From Callorhinchus milii (Eukaryota): a stretch of DNA of 64,000 nt. Below, one piece after another: positions 38,813 through 52,926 of this stretch. The DNA lies in NCBI RefSeq assembly GCF_018977255.1, contig NW_024704742.1, positions 125,676,001 to 125,740,000 of the forward strand, given 5' to 3'. Position 1 is the stretch's first letter. Each line of letters begins with the position of its first letter. The position numbers and the translations under genes were made by a program. The notes under the pieces are model-generated. The model ran no database searches and was not told the origin of the DNA. It was given only the letters and a program-made list of their open reading frames with translations.

Positions 38813-39877
38813 CGGCGTTCCTCAGGGTTCTGTTCTCGGTCCCCTCCTCTTCACCTTCTATATGCTCCCCCTCGGTGACATCATCCACACATGGGGTAAA
38901 TTTCCACCGGATGACACCCAACTCTATCTCTCTGCCTCCATCCTGAACTCCAGGACTACTGGCGTCCTGACCGACTGCCTGTCCGACATCAAGTCCTGGA
39001 CGAGGGACAACTTTCTCCAACTCAACGTCAGCAAGACCGAGGCACTCCTGATTGGCTCATGCCAGCGCCTCCGCACCTCAGGCGCTGGCAGCATCAGCCT
39101 CCATGGCTGCACACTCAACCTCACTAAGCCAGTCAGGAACCTGGGTGTCTTGTTTGACTCTGAACTGTCCTTTCTCCCCCACATCCGTGCCATGACCGGC
39201 ACTGCCTACCACCATCTCAGCAACATTGCCAGACTCTGCCACTGCCTCACCCCTCAGGCTGCTGAAACCCTGATCCATGCATTCATCACATCAAGGCTCA
39301 ATTACAGAAACTCCATCCTCATCGGCCTCTCCAACTCTTCCCTTCACAGGCTGCAGCTCATCCAAAACTCTGTAGCTCGTGTACTCTCGCACACCAGGCT
39401 CCGAGACCCCATCACTCCCACCCCCGCCCGACTCACTGGCTCCCCATTTCCCAAAGGATCGAGTTCAAGATCCTCGTCCTCACTTTCAAGGCCATCCATG
39501 GCCTTGCCCCCTCCTACCTCTCTGACCTACTGACTCCCTGCCAACCTGCCCGCTCCCTCCGTTCAGCGGGCTCCGGTCTGTTTCATGTCTCCCGCCCGAG
39601 CCGCCCTACCATCGATGGCCGGGCTTTCAGCCTCTCTGCACCCACACTCTGGAACTCCATCCCACGGTCCCTTCGCCTCTCTTCCTCCCTCGCCTCCTTC
39701 AAGGCCGGTCTCAAGACCCTTCTCTTCGACTGTGCCTTTGTCGCCCTCCCACCTCTCTGCCTTCCCTCACCCCTACACCACCCCTCCCCCATGCTCGGGC
39801 CCCGACACCTGACTGTTCAGCGCTTTGGGACGTCCTCCCGATGTGAAAGGCGCTCTATAAATGTCATTTTGTTGTTG
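38813..39877 (+). mobile_element. 5'-truncated L2 LINE
   Basis: [56 protein letters not shown], then an L2 3'UTR and (gtt) tail. Confidence 0.95.
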
Positions 39878-42298
39878 GTTTGGATACTCGTAATCGTGGT
39901 GACGAGTTTCCACACATGCCAGACATCCAGTGGGCCCCCCAAAACGATGTACTATGGTTTTAATTTTGGTTAATTTGAAAACGAATCAGATTAATTCTAG
40001 GGTCTAAATGTATTACAAGCAGTGATACAGTAGTGGCAGTACAGTGCTAAGGGCCAACAGACTGAATTTATACTGCCAGCTGTTTGCTGGCTACAATTCG
40101 TACTCTTATCAAGCTGAGAGAACATAAAGGACAGCTCTGCACATGTTCACTGAATACCACACGGAAAGAACTGTGCTGACCTGCTTCCCAATCGATGGGA
40201 GTGTAGTTTTCGGGAAGGATGAGATCAAATAGGCCGAAATGCCCTCTTCATATATACCTCTCTGATTCATTTTTAATTTTAATATTAATAAAGTCCTTAT
40301 TTGCTCATTGCCTCTACTCAGAATGTTAAAGGTGGTCCATGAAACCACTCAATAACATTTTAATCAGTTTTTTAAGTTGCTTCCTTGACACTGGTTATCA
40401 TTGAAATGCAATTAGGGTAACCTGTTCCAGTCATTAATTGCCCTCTGGCTAAGGAAAACTTCCTGATATTCATCCTGAAATTGTCCTTTGTAAGTGTAAA
40501 CCTATGTCCTCTTGCTTTACTGTCTTGGTGCATCCTAAATGGTCTTAAATGGCTTCTTTAAATCAGTGTTGTGAACCTTAATACCCACTTACATTGCAGA
40601 GATCGGCATGAATTGCTCCGAACTGGTACTACCTGTATGTATTAGAATTGCCCTATGATAAATGCAGAGAATTATTTTGATACAAAATGTTAGTGAGCTG
40701 ACAAAGCGAACAAAGCAAATATTTAGCTCTAAGATTCTAATCAAAGACCAGAAGATAGAATACATTGTCAAATTCCATTTCTGCTGCTGCACAGAAAGAA
40801 ATATCACTCGAGGCATTTCAAATTAGTGTAAATGCAATAAATTGGGGATCAACACAAAAAGGCACCAGAATATGGTCAATTCACAGTAGTAATCTGGAAA
40901 GGAGGTCTGTTTCCATTTCTGGTACATTTCATATTACACAAATTTTGTGACATTTTTTTCATTCCATCTGATTTAACTGAGCACCGGTTGCACCCCAGAT
41001 TTATAGTGTATTTATTTGGCCTTGCTCTTAGAATACATTTACATAAATTAGCATATGATTCCAGTACTACAGAGGTAAGCAAATACAGTGCTCGGGGTAT
41101 ATCCTTAATTAAGTATGATCACAAATCAGATCAGCTGGCATTATTGCTATATTTTCTTTGCTACAGTGAACATTGTGTTTAACAAGGCCATAATAAACAA
41201 CAACATGTGCTTCGTGTAGTTTTTTACATCAAGAGATGAAGTGGAATAGTAACAAATTTGATCTGTGGAAAAGCATTAATAATAATAATCATAATCCTTG
41301 CATTTGATATAGCCCCTTATCACATCATTGCAACATTTCAAAGTCCTTCACAAGATTTACTGTAAAGTGTAGAGAGTGTATATTTTTTAGGTGAATGCAA
41401 CAGCCAGTTTGCACACAGAAATACCCACAAACAGCCATGAATTGAATGACCAATTTAATGTAACAACGTGCTTGAGTTTATTATTACCAGTAGATTATTA
41501 ATGCAGTATTTTAGGTGTATTTTCTCTCACCATTTGTGATTCTCTTGGCTTCACATGAGAAATAAAAGACTTCAACAGTGATTGAAATCATGAGGCGACT
41601 GGTAGGCATACAGCGGATCTCAGTTTGTCAGCTGTCTTCTTTGTCTACATCCATTAATTCAACAGAATTAATCCCATGGCAATCTAGGAGATATAATAAA
41701 TATCTCTCTAAGTGAGGCTAATCATACAATGCGAGTGAAAAAGTGGTTTATGGTCAGTTTGGAAAATGCAGATGGCTATCATATCACACTGACAAGTATG
41801 CATATTGCAGTTGGATGGTTGAATAGAATTCTTTTATTTCTGCTTAAAGAGCTATAACAAATAAAAAGTTGATCACTTGCATCATGGTTGTTTGTGGGAC
41901 TTTGCTGGCTCAAATAGCCACTACAATTCTCTATAAAACAGTCACTGCACTTGACAACATACAAATGTAATACAATCTAATTTTATTGTTTTGTTGACAG
42001 AAATTGCCTTTGAAGCGCTTTCAAACTTTGCAATGTTAGTTGTTATTAAATATAGATGGTGTATCAAATGCAAGATTATCCAACAAGTTAATGCATACAG
42101 GATATCAATTCCATAGTATGTAAAGGAAAGCAATGGGTTTAATATATCTATTTCCTTGGTAATTTAGGAAGGTGGTACAATCTGGACTCGGAGTGGGAAA
42201 ATCCCGGTATAATTTCACATTTCCTATTTTGGTAAATGTTCTAACTGATGGAGAAGCATACACACCTGCAGACACAAATACAAAGTATGTGTGATTAC

Positions 42299-42742
42299 AA
42301 CAACCACAACAACAAGATTCCATTTATAGAGCGCCTTTCACGTCGGAAGGACGTCCCAAGGCGCTGTACAGTTGGGTCAGGACCCGAGCAGGGGGGAAAT
42401 GGTCAGGGTGAGGGGAGGGAAGGGAGGGAGCGAGGAGGGGGTAGAGAGTCGAGAGGGGAGCTGAAGGCTCGGTCAAAGAGAAAGGTTTTGAGACCGGCCT
42501 TGAAGGAGGAAAGGGAGGAAGCAAGGCGAAGGCACTGGGGGATAGAGTTCCAGAGCCTAGGGGCTGAGAGGCTGAAGGCCCAGCCACCAATGGTAGGGCG
42601 GTTGGGGCGGGGGATGTGGAGCAGACCAGAGCCAGAGGAGCGGAGGGTACGGGCAGGTAGGTAGGGGGATAGTAGGTCGGAGAGGTAGGAGGGAGCAAGG
42701 CCGTGAATGGCCTTGTAGGTGAGGATGAGGATCTTGAAGTTG
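42299..42742 (-). mobile_element. L2 3' fragment (young subfamily)
   Basis: Reverse complement of [16 protein letters not shown]...LWNSIP...FKAGLKTFLF plus tail. Confidence 0.92.
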
Positions 42743-43927
42743 AATTATAGCGGATTCATCAGGGATCTTACTTTCTGGCGAATCAGTTAACCTGGACCCC
42801 ATTGGCAAAGATCAAATATCGATAACTGCATTGGACTGCTGTCATATATCAGGATAACAGCTTCATTGAGGATCCAGTTTCACTTGGATAGTTTTGGTGA
42901 GTTAAAACAGTATCCCGCTAACCAGCATTGTACTGCCCACTAACCAGTCCTCTTCTCTGTTAACTGGTAGTCCAATGCAATCCATGGCCAATATTGAGGT
43001 CAACCAGTGTAATGCGAATTGTAAAACTGGATTTAGTTGTAAGTGAAACTGCTAGGCTCTCACTTTCTTTGAACTATTGTCATGAGTTGTACAAAGTTAC
43101 ATAGCCATTATACTTTACAGTAAATCCTTTGAAGTGCTTCAAGATGTCCTCATGACGTGAAAGGCACTATTTCAAGTGCAAGAATTTGTCTTTGTCCACA
43201 GTGATGCACAATGTTGTGTCATTGTTTTTAGAGTTTGACTGCAACATTCACTTTGTGCATCTGCAGAATGTGTAAAAAAATTTACAGCAATGCATGGGTG
43301 TTGAGATAATCTTCTTTAAATGAACATCCTATCTAAATGCAAATGATCTGGAATTGGATGTATCTAGCTAAATGGGCTCAATTCAGAATAAAACTGGATT
43401 GCACTCTTTTGTCACCAACGAACAAATAGTTACCTATCACACTCACTGAGTTTGTCACAATGATCATCTCTAGGTAGTTCAACAAACTTGTCATTTTAAG
43501 TTTGCGTACTAATTCATCTCCTTCACACTGTCAGATTCAGTAACTTGTCCAATTCATATCCTTCAATTACGCTGTGAGCATTTGCTGTTTAAACACAGAT
43601 GTTTGAATAATCAAGAGAAATCAACAGAAAGAATCAAAGGGATGTGAATATTAATCATAACTCTTTGCATATTTCATGTTCTAAGTGAGATGATGAGCCT
43701 GTCTTCATAACCAGGTCCCAAACTTTATTCTAACCTGGCACATTCCATATTATATGATTCACAGACAGAAATTCTTGTGTCCACTACCCTTGAATTAAAT
43801 GTTTAGACATAAACGGATGCAGAATGACAGGAGAATGCACAAAGAATTCAGCTTGAGTTCCAATATTACTATCGCTTAGAAACTAGTGTAAAAATCAGAT
43901 GCATAAATGAGAAAAAACAGCCAATTA

Positions 43928-44240
43928 GGAGTCCTGTAGCTCAATAGTTAGAGCACTCATTTCACAAGTGAGAGACCTGGGTTCAATTCCCGGCAGGGCG
44001 AAACCCTGGGCAAGTTTCCTTACTCCACACACCTGATAATAATCCCTCAAGAAAAAAAAATAAGAAATTGGTCACTTCCATCCACGACTGTTTGTTAGAC
44101 ACCGCTCTGCACAATTGGCTGCCACGTTTCGCACACAAATATACAGTCAATTCATTTTATAGCATATTCTGTGAAGTGCTTTGAGATGTCCAGAAGACGT
44201 GAAAAGCGCTATATCAAATGCAAGAATTATTATATTATTA
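43928..44240 (+). mobile_element. Full-length tRNA-derived SINE
   Basis: ggagtcctgtagctcaatagttagagcactc...gggttcaattccc...gcgctatatcaaatgcaagaattatt. Confidence 0.92.
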
Positions 44241-44883
44241 ATTCAATTATTAAGGTCTTGTCAAAGTCCTATTGATAAGGAGTGCATACAGAATTCTATA
44301 CATAAAAAACTCATCAAAAGTGCAGTTATGAAAGCTAGGCTAGGGTTGCTACGTCTGAGACAAAATAAAGGCCAAGTCGGAAAAAAAACCTCAAATAGCA
44401 CCTCCTCACCATGCTCATTGTGGGCATTTGGACAACTTTTACTTTCCAATTTAAACTTAAACCCAGGCTGGCCAGACGAACAACTAACATTGCCTCACCA
44501 GTAAGGGCAGTGAGGCTGCTTAGTGTGGTGTGGGCATGTGCTAGAGAGTTGGGCCACCAGGAGCCTGCACGTGGGCCTGTGGCAAATTCGGCCCACGGAA
44601 ATTTTGTTAAATTTTTTGGTTTTGGTCCTGGTCCAAACCAGGTTCCAGGTTCAAATTCCAGATACCTGGAGACCGATAACACTGGGTAAGACCTATTGTA
44701 TTTCCTTGAGCACTATGGTATTGATTGAAGCTCACTCATACAGTAGTTGCATGCGTTGTGATGAAAAGTTTCAATCAAGCGAAAGTTCATTCACATTTAT
44801 GTCAGTATCTGCCTCCTACCAACATTCATGCAACTGTGAATTTCATATGTCACATCACAATTATCAGGCTGTCGAGACAACTT

Positions 44884-45171
44884 AAAGTGCTTCACAAAAT
44901 ATACTGTAAAGTGAATTGACTCCATATGGTGTGTCCCACAAACAGTCATGGAATGACTGACCTAATTGTTATTATTTAAAAAAAATTAAAAGGATTATTA
45001 CCCCGGGAAAGCAATCTGCCAATCAACCAACAACTGGATTCCTACTTATTGCTAAGTAAGCAGAGGCATGGGGAGTAAGGAAACTTGCCTAATGTTTCAC
45101 CCTGCCGGGAATCGAACCCAGGTCCTCTCGCTTGTGAGGCAAGTGCTTTACCAATACGCTAACAGGACTCC
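44884..45171 (-). mobile_element. tRNA-derived SINE, long variant
   Basis: Antisense head ending ...acaggactcc, with the same extra internal segment as 29889-30260. Confidence 0.88.
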
Positions 45172-46759
45172 ACATCTGTGATTTTCCTCCCACTCCCATG
45201 AATCTGTGATTTTCTTCATATAAGGAACAACTTCATTCTGAAATCTAAGGTTTTTATACCGACTGATTCCTGTGCCGTTGCTAAATATCGGAACGATTCT
45301 CCAAAAGTAAATAACACTTTCCAACATCTTCCTTCTGAGCTGTATAGCCCAGTTTCTCTTTAGAGGATGAGCATCACTTGCTCCTTTTAAGGAAGTTGAT
45401 TAGGCTAAAACAATGAGTATATGTGAAATACCTACACACTGATTGCTGAGATACTACATAATAATCTATTTAAACTACCTGAGCTCATTGAAACACATTT
45501 AAATTATATATTCTGTATTTTAGAATCCAGACATTGTGATTGTTAAATTGTTAGCTCCTCAATGTCACAGCTTTTTAAAGAACATAGAAAAACAGAAACC
45601 AGAGGAGGTCATTCAGCCCATCGAGCCTGTTCCACTAGTTTGTTTGATCCTGGCATTAGATCTTTTAATCCTAATGCCAAAATCCTTTCGCGATACATCT
45701 TAATATCTCTTTAGACTTCATTGTTAGTTTAAATGTAAATCTTTGAATTCACCCCAAAACAGATAGACACCATCAGATGACTTGAATTTAAATCCTGGAC
45801 TTTGTAAGAAGAGTTGTATATTGAAGTATTTAAAACATCTTAACAAATTCATAATTTGTGACAATGGGGCTCAATTTTTTGTCCTACTGGGCTATGGAAT
45901 GTAGATTGTGGTCCATGGAGGGAATAGTTAGACGGATGAACAGTGGAGATTTGGAGTTAGATAATTTGATTGACCAACAGCTCGGGTTCGAAACACTGAT
46001 TATCCAAGGACTGGGACGTCCTCCCGACGTGAAAGGCATTATTCAAATGTGATTTTGTTGTTGTTGTGGTAATAAAGTGTTTGTTTGATTTTTCATGGAG
46101 GTTCACAAAGTATAGAACTTTCTCGAAGGACATATCATGAATTAGGTTACATCCACGATGGGGTATATTGTGTGGAAAAAATCAGTCTGGTGGCCGAAAT
46201 GGCCTTTTCTGATTTATGCTTTATGTTTGTAAAGCTGGTACATTGAAGGATCATCCAAGGTTCTGTTTTCCAATTTAGGTGAATGTCAATAATCCCTATG
46301 GGTGAAAAATTCCATCTGAGTCTAGATTTTAAAATAGTTTGAAAACAGTTTCACTCACAAAATGCACACAGTGAATCCACTTTACAGAATATCCTGTGAA
46401 GTGCCTATCAAATGCAAGGAATATTATTATCATTATTTACTTTATTGCTGTAGCAATACAATTTTTAGAATCTCTAGAATTTGGCAAATTAACTTTGAAA
46501 CTGGCTCTCTATAATTCTCAAAAGGAGGTATAGAATACCAGCTTCAAAATGAAGGTCTTAATGGCAATTCTGCATACTCTAAAATACTGCATAAATAGAG
46601 TAAATCTAGACCGAGGTGAAATTTCTCCCCATCTACAGTATTTGTTATTTTGGAACGAAAGGCTCTGACATGCTCTGCTATGGGGGCGGATGAGTCACCA
46701 GTGTGGTTGAGGCTGGGAGAGTGATGCTGTCATAGGAAGATGGTAAATTAAACACTTGT

Positions 46760-47665
46760 GATTTTCTTCAAATGAGAAATTAAACCAAGGTCCAGGCTGC
46801 CGGTTTAGGTGGATGTTAATGATCCCATGGCACTATTCAAAAAGAGAAAGGAGTTTCTCTTTGTGTGCTGGCCATCAATCTCCCAGTTAAAATTAGTCAT
46901 TCACTTCACGGTTGTTTGCAAAGCATTGTTGTGCTGCCGTGCTCACAAGATCACAAGATTGGTCTGGGTGAAGAAAGCCCTTCGGCCCTTTAATCTCATC
47001 CTTTCACAATACCCACCCTACCATTCTCCCATCAATGCATCAGACTACTTTTTAAATAAGTCCAGCATCCTGGCTTCTACCACTTTCCTGGGAATTTGGT
47101 TCCAGCCGTTGATTACTGTATGTGTAAAGAACCTACAAAAACACAGTCACTACACTATAGATATAGATATATAGTTTAGAGTAAATCCTATGATGCTTTT
47201 TGAGATGTTTCACTGACATGGTAAGACGCTATATCAAATGCAAGGTTGAGTATTATTATTATGAGTTTGACCCTCAAGTGTCCTTTCTACCCCACGTCTG
47301 TGCCATGACCTGCTCTGCCTTCGCAACATCGCCAGGCTCCACCACAGCCTCTCCTGCAGAGACCGTCATCCATGCATTTGTTACCTCTAGGCTCGACTGC
47401 ACCAACTCCCTCCTTGTCGGCCTTCCTAATTCTTCTCTCCACAAGCTGTAGATCATCCAGAACTCTGCAGCATGTGTCCTTTCCCACACCAGGCTCCTAC
47501 TCTTCGACCGTGCCTTCAGTCACCCTCCTATTCCAACTCTTACCTCCTTTCACACCTCCTGATCCCAACCCCTTGCTCAGGTCCAAATCCCTGACTGTCC
47601 AGCGCCTTGGGACATACTCCCGATATAAAAGGAGTTGTACAAATGTAATTTGTTCTTTGTTGTTG
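46760..47665 (+). mobile_element. Cluster: Deu-SINE with a nested insert, followed by an internally deleted L2 fragment
   Basis: Deu core at 46770-46940, SINE tail to ~47260, then L2 (VIHAFVTSRLDCTNSLLVGLPN) at 47265-47665. Confidence 0.7.
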
Positions 47666-49063
47666 ATGTAACGCCTTATCATGTCATTGAGATGTTTCAA
47701 AGCACTTCGCAGAATATACCGTGAAGTGAATCAACTGTACATTTTGTGGGCAAAACAGCCACATAATATATTACAATCTACATATACATTGAGATTTCAT
47801 TCTTGCCATGGTTCTTTTTAAAATGAGAACCTCTAGGTTGTTTCTAGTCCTATTGCCTTCATAAGTATACAAGCTGTCATGTATCAACATTATATGAAAC
47901 TGAGTTGTGTCTCAGCAATATTAAATTATATACAATATCTTATAATAATAAGAAGAATCCTTGCATTTGGTAAAGCACCTTATCACGTCATCAAGACGTC
48001 TCAAAGCTCTTCACAGGATATACTGTAAAGGGGATTGGCTGTATATTTTGTGGACAAATGCAGCAGCCAATTTGTGCACAGCAATCTCCCACAAACAGTC
48101 ATGGAGTGAGTGACCAATTTTATTTGGGCGTTGGCCAAAAGACTGGGAGAAACTTCATTTTCTTTTCAAGTAGTGCCATAGGATCGTTAATGTCCACCCA
48201 ACCAGACAGTCAGGATCTTAGTTTAATGTCTCATTCGAAGGACATAATAGTGGTATTTTCATATTGCTGAAGAATTTTATAACCTACAACAATAAGTCTT
48301 GTGCTGCCATACAATACTATAATTCCATTCAGATAATTCTTACAACATGACATTTCAACTTTCCCTAGGGCACAATGATTAGTTCATTTATCGCCAGTGA
48401 CTTATGTAAGTTATGACTTTCATTCATATTAATTTTTTTGTACCAAAAAAGTCAGAAATAAGATTTTTTTCTAATAAAATTGGATTTTTTGAACTCAATT
48501 TTCCTCATGAACTTTACATGCTATAGTTATAGGCAAATGTATATGCATGTGGGGAGATGTCCTGTACAACAGAAAGGACACATAGAAAATATGCCACATA
48601 CAGTCATAAAATATAATTTAAATTCCACAGGCAAGGCTGATGGAATTACTGAGCAAAGCCATAAATGGATTATAGGTTGCCTCACAAATCCAATACAAAT
48701 GATTTCATGTGTGGCCTTTTACATATTCCTTACACCACACTTTTAATACCTTGAATAATAGCATCTCAACTGCTGCATTGATCACTTAATTCAGCACAGA
48801 GTGGAATTTTAACCTGCGCTCTCTGACCTGCTCTGACTCACGAGACTATCGAGGAAGCTTATAAATTATTTTTTTACAAATAGATTAATGTGTCTATCAG
48901 AACCCTGAGCACTAAAAACAGCAATCTTTATTTTATGTCTTTGTAATAGGAAATATCCATTATAAATATCTATTATAATAGAAAGATATTTTTAGCAATT
49001 GTGTCATGGAACCAGAAATGTGACATTTTTATTTTACGTGTAAGAGTAGAACCAAAAAAATAA

Positions 49064-49220
49064 ATTCTTGTGGATAAAGAGATTAAGGGATATGGGGATA
49101 AGGCGGGTAGGTGGAGTTGGAATAGATCAGCCATGATCTTATTGAATGGCGGGGAAGGCTCGAGGGGCCGAATGGCCTACTCCTGCTCCTAATTCTTATG
49201 TTCTTATGTTCTATGTTCTA
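49064..49220 (+). mobile_element. Young CR1-type 3' end
   Basis: gatcagccatgatcttattgaatggcgg...ggcctactcctgctcctaattcttatgttcttatg. Confidence 0.9.
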
Positions 49221-49607
49221 AGCCATTAACTCGGTTTGGACAAAGCATATAATTGTGAGGTAGTCAGTTTGACACAAAGAAACGATTCTTTGAAGGGAGC
49301 ATTTTGCGGACAGCGGTAAAAGTTCCAGAGCACATTTACAATCTTATAAAGATCGAAAATGGGGCCTCTGGAGGCTTTCACATATTTCCCGTGGCTTGTC
49401 GGTTGAGGATGCTAGCCCTCAGCCCTTGGTCATTACATGGACCTTTCTTAAGATAAAACTTTCAGCTTGACTTTGTGCTATTTGCCAGGACAGCATCATG
49501 GAACAATAAATAATACTGGTCTTTCAGTCTTCAAATTTACAATGACCAAACTGTACACACTAACACAGCACACATACAACTACTACATCCTCCACGTGTT
49601 ACACATA

Positions 49608-50600
49608 ATAACAATAACAACAAAAATTACATTTATATAGCGCCTTTCACGTCAGGAGGACATCCCAAGATGCTGGACAGACAGTGTTTCGGACCTGAGC
49701 TGAGGGTCGGGATGGGGGAGGTGGGGAGGGTAGGGGGGGGAAGCAGGGGGATCGAAAGCATGATCGAAGAGGAGGGTCTTGAGGTGGGTCTTGAAGGTGG
49801 CGAGGGAGGGGGTGAGACGAAGTGACTGCAGGATGGAGTTGCAGAGTGGCGGAAGGCCCGCCAGTCGATAATGGGGCAAACAAGATGGGGGATGTGAAGC
49901 AGACCAAAAACCGCTGAGAGGAGGGAGCAAACAGGATGGTTGGGGTTAGGAGGTTGGAAAGGTAGGGGGAAGCATGACCATGAAGGGCTTTGAAGGTGAG
50001 GACCAGGATCTTGAACTGTATCCTCTGTGTGAAGGGAAACCAGTGGAGTTGGACAAGGATGGGGTTGATAGGGTCACGGAGCCTAGTGCAGAGAGGACAT
50101 GGCTGCAGAGTTCTGGATGATCTGCAGCCTGTGGAGGGAGGAGTTGGGGAGGCCGACAAGCAGTGAGTTTGCATAGTTGAGCCTCGAAGTAATGAAGGCG
50201 TATATCGCCTTCATTACTTCGAGATCATTGCTGTAGTGTGAGACAGTGTCGGAGCCGGACGACGTTGTGGAGGTGGGGGAAGGCAGAGCGGGTCATGGCG
50301 CGAATGTGGGTTAGAAAGGATAGTTGAGGATCGAACAAGACGCCAAGGTTCTGGACTCGCTTAGCAAGGTGGAGTGTGCAACCATGGATGGTAATACTGT
50401 CAGCGCCTGAGGTGAGGAGGCGCTGACGGGAACCAATTAGGAGAGCTTCGATCTTGTTGACGTTCAACTGAAGAAACTTAGCTCTCATCCAGGACTTGAT
50501 GTCTCACAGACATTTTGTCAGCACAGCAGTGATCCTGGAGTCAAGGGTGGAGGCAGAGAGGAAGTGTTGGGTGTCATCCGCATACATGTGGAAGTTGATG
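49608..50600 (-). mobile_element. 5'-truncated L2 LINE
   Basis: Minus strand: [49 protein letters not shown], and tail. Confidence 0.93.
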
Positions 50601-52926
50601 AATGAGAAAGAGAATTTTTTGCCCTATTTTAGCTGATACACTACAACTACTTCCACTTATACAGCACCTTTCGCAAAAAACATTTAAAAGCACTTGATAA
50701 ACATAGCAGTAAGTGCTGAGCTTGGAAACAAGTGGCTGAAAAATGATGACCAAAGACATGGTTGAAGTGTTTCTTGATGATCCAATGTAATGTAATAGTT
50801 TAGGATGTTAAACCGAGGTCCAATCTGCCTGTTCAGATTGATGCTAAAGATTCCATGAAACCATTTGAAAAGAGAAGGGAGTTTCTCCCAGTATCCTGAC
50901 CAACAATTCCCCCAGATAAACATTGTTCATTCATTCCATGCTACTTGTGGGCAATGCTGTGTGCAAATTGGCTGCTGTGTTTGCCTATAAGATACTCTTT
51001 ATGATGAATCCCATGTAGTGCTTTGACGTGTCTTCCAGGTGGTATATGAAATGCAAGGCTTATATATTTATTAAATTGTCCAGAAAATGGTTCAAAAAGA
51101 GATTATAATTAAGAAGTATACTTGTAATTACAAAAAAGGATCATTTCTACAGTTGATTGTTATGAATTCTGAAGCTCTTTGAGAAAACCTCCTGATGTGA
51201 AAGATGCTATATAAATGTAAATTGTATTGTATCCTAATATTTTGTTTCTGCTGAGAATGTTTTGTGTTCATGTGGATCTGTGTTCTACCACTCCATAACT
51301 CCAAGATTCAAGCCATGATACAACTTTATGTTTATATAACACCTTACACATCAGGGAGAAGTCCCAAAGCCCTTAACAATCCTGGTTTTGCACCCAAGCT
51401 GGGGATGAAAGCCAAGGAGGGTGGGGAGGGGAAAGATGACCAAAAGTGTGATCAAAGAGGAACGTCTTGAAATAGACCTTGAACAAAGTGAGGGAGAGAG
51501 ATAGTTGGAGGGATTCTGGGCTGGAGTTCTAGAGAGTGGGTGTGAACGGTTCCAACTCAGTAGCTCTGTAGGTGCACAATCATTGCCTCCACTTAAACTT
51601 AAAGCAATGATCTGAATCTTGTTATTTCAATTCATCACAGCAAGCAAGGCTGTTTAGAATGTGGACACAACCCAGCCGTGAATAACAAAGCTTCTGTAAT
51701 GATGTGCTTCCTGTAATTGATAGGGCTCACTGAGTGGAAGTAAAGTCTTGTTAGTTAGCGATGAGCACTTGTGGATTGCACATTGTTAGTGGAGCAGGGA
51801 CAATAGCGAATGCTCAAGGCTGTGTCCTAAGTCACCAGACCCAGCTGATAAAATCGAGCAGTATCTCACAAGCAGACACATGATTAATGGGTAATGTGGG
51901 AGAAAATGCTGGAGGGTCCCCTTCCCTCAATTACTCAGTGGTATTGTCGACAACAGAACGGTATCAGAGGAACTGAAATTCTCTCTAAACAGTTCAGGCA
52001 GTTTTGGTCCTTACTTATGACTATTGGCTAAAATCTTTACTTTTAATAAAGCTCCTTTCACGTCAGGATGACATCTCAAAAAGTTTCATAGAACACACTG
52101 TGATGGGCAGAGTGTGTGTTCCCTAGGTGAAGGATAGGAGGAAGCTTAGGCTCATTTTGCCCATAAAATATACGGTCAATTCACTTTACAGTATATTTTG
52201 TGAGGCTCTTTGAGACATCTCTAATACGTGATAAGGTGCTAAATCAAATGCAGAGATTATTATTATTAGTAGTAGTATTTGCATTGACCACCCCCACTCT
52301 GAAAGCAATATGTGCCGATTGAGCAATTCCCACTTCAGACTTCTCTGGTGCTTCAAAAATTTGGAACAACCTAAAATATTATCTCTCATGCTCGTTCCTA
52401 CCTCAGCATCTTTTTAATTAAAAGGAAATTGATCGGCCCTTAATTTCTCAGTCTTGGCAGAAGAAAGAACTGGTAATAACTGTGATTCAATCATGGACCA
52501 CCTATGCAAATAAATGGATATCTTGAAAATAATTGAAAGCGGATTAGCATTCAGGCAACTCTGTTAAAGGACTATGACTGTATGTTTAGTCCACTTGCAA
52601 CCTGTCCCCGTTTCCCAGGTAATGTAATGACTAATGAAACAAGCTTGCGAGAGGGTGAGAGGAACTGGGATCAGGTTTATTTAAAGACTGATTTGTAACC
52701 CTTTAAGCATATAGTTTTTACAAAATTTAGGATATTTAGCACCCTAAAGCAAACAATAAAGATTACAGCTACTTTAAAGCATCCTTCCTTGCAATAGATA
52801 TTTTATTTTCACAGGCATTAAGAGTACTTCAGTGCTCTGAGACGCTACCCCACATGAAGGGTGTTATATAAATCCAAGTTGTTGTTGTTGTTGATGTAGG
52901 AATAAAACCAGGATTGATTTTTTAAT

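Noticed and set aside
34950..49220. Near-identical inverted ~150-bp sequences 14 kb apart, resembling TIRs of a large transposon
   Set aside because: Both are ordinary young CR1-type 3' ends, with no shared TSD and no transposase between them.
49296..49316. REST/RE1-like motif (agcattttgcggacagcg)
   Set aside because: The left half-site and spacing do not fit TCAGCACCnnGGACAG.
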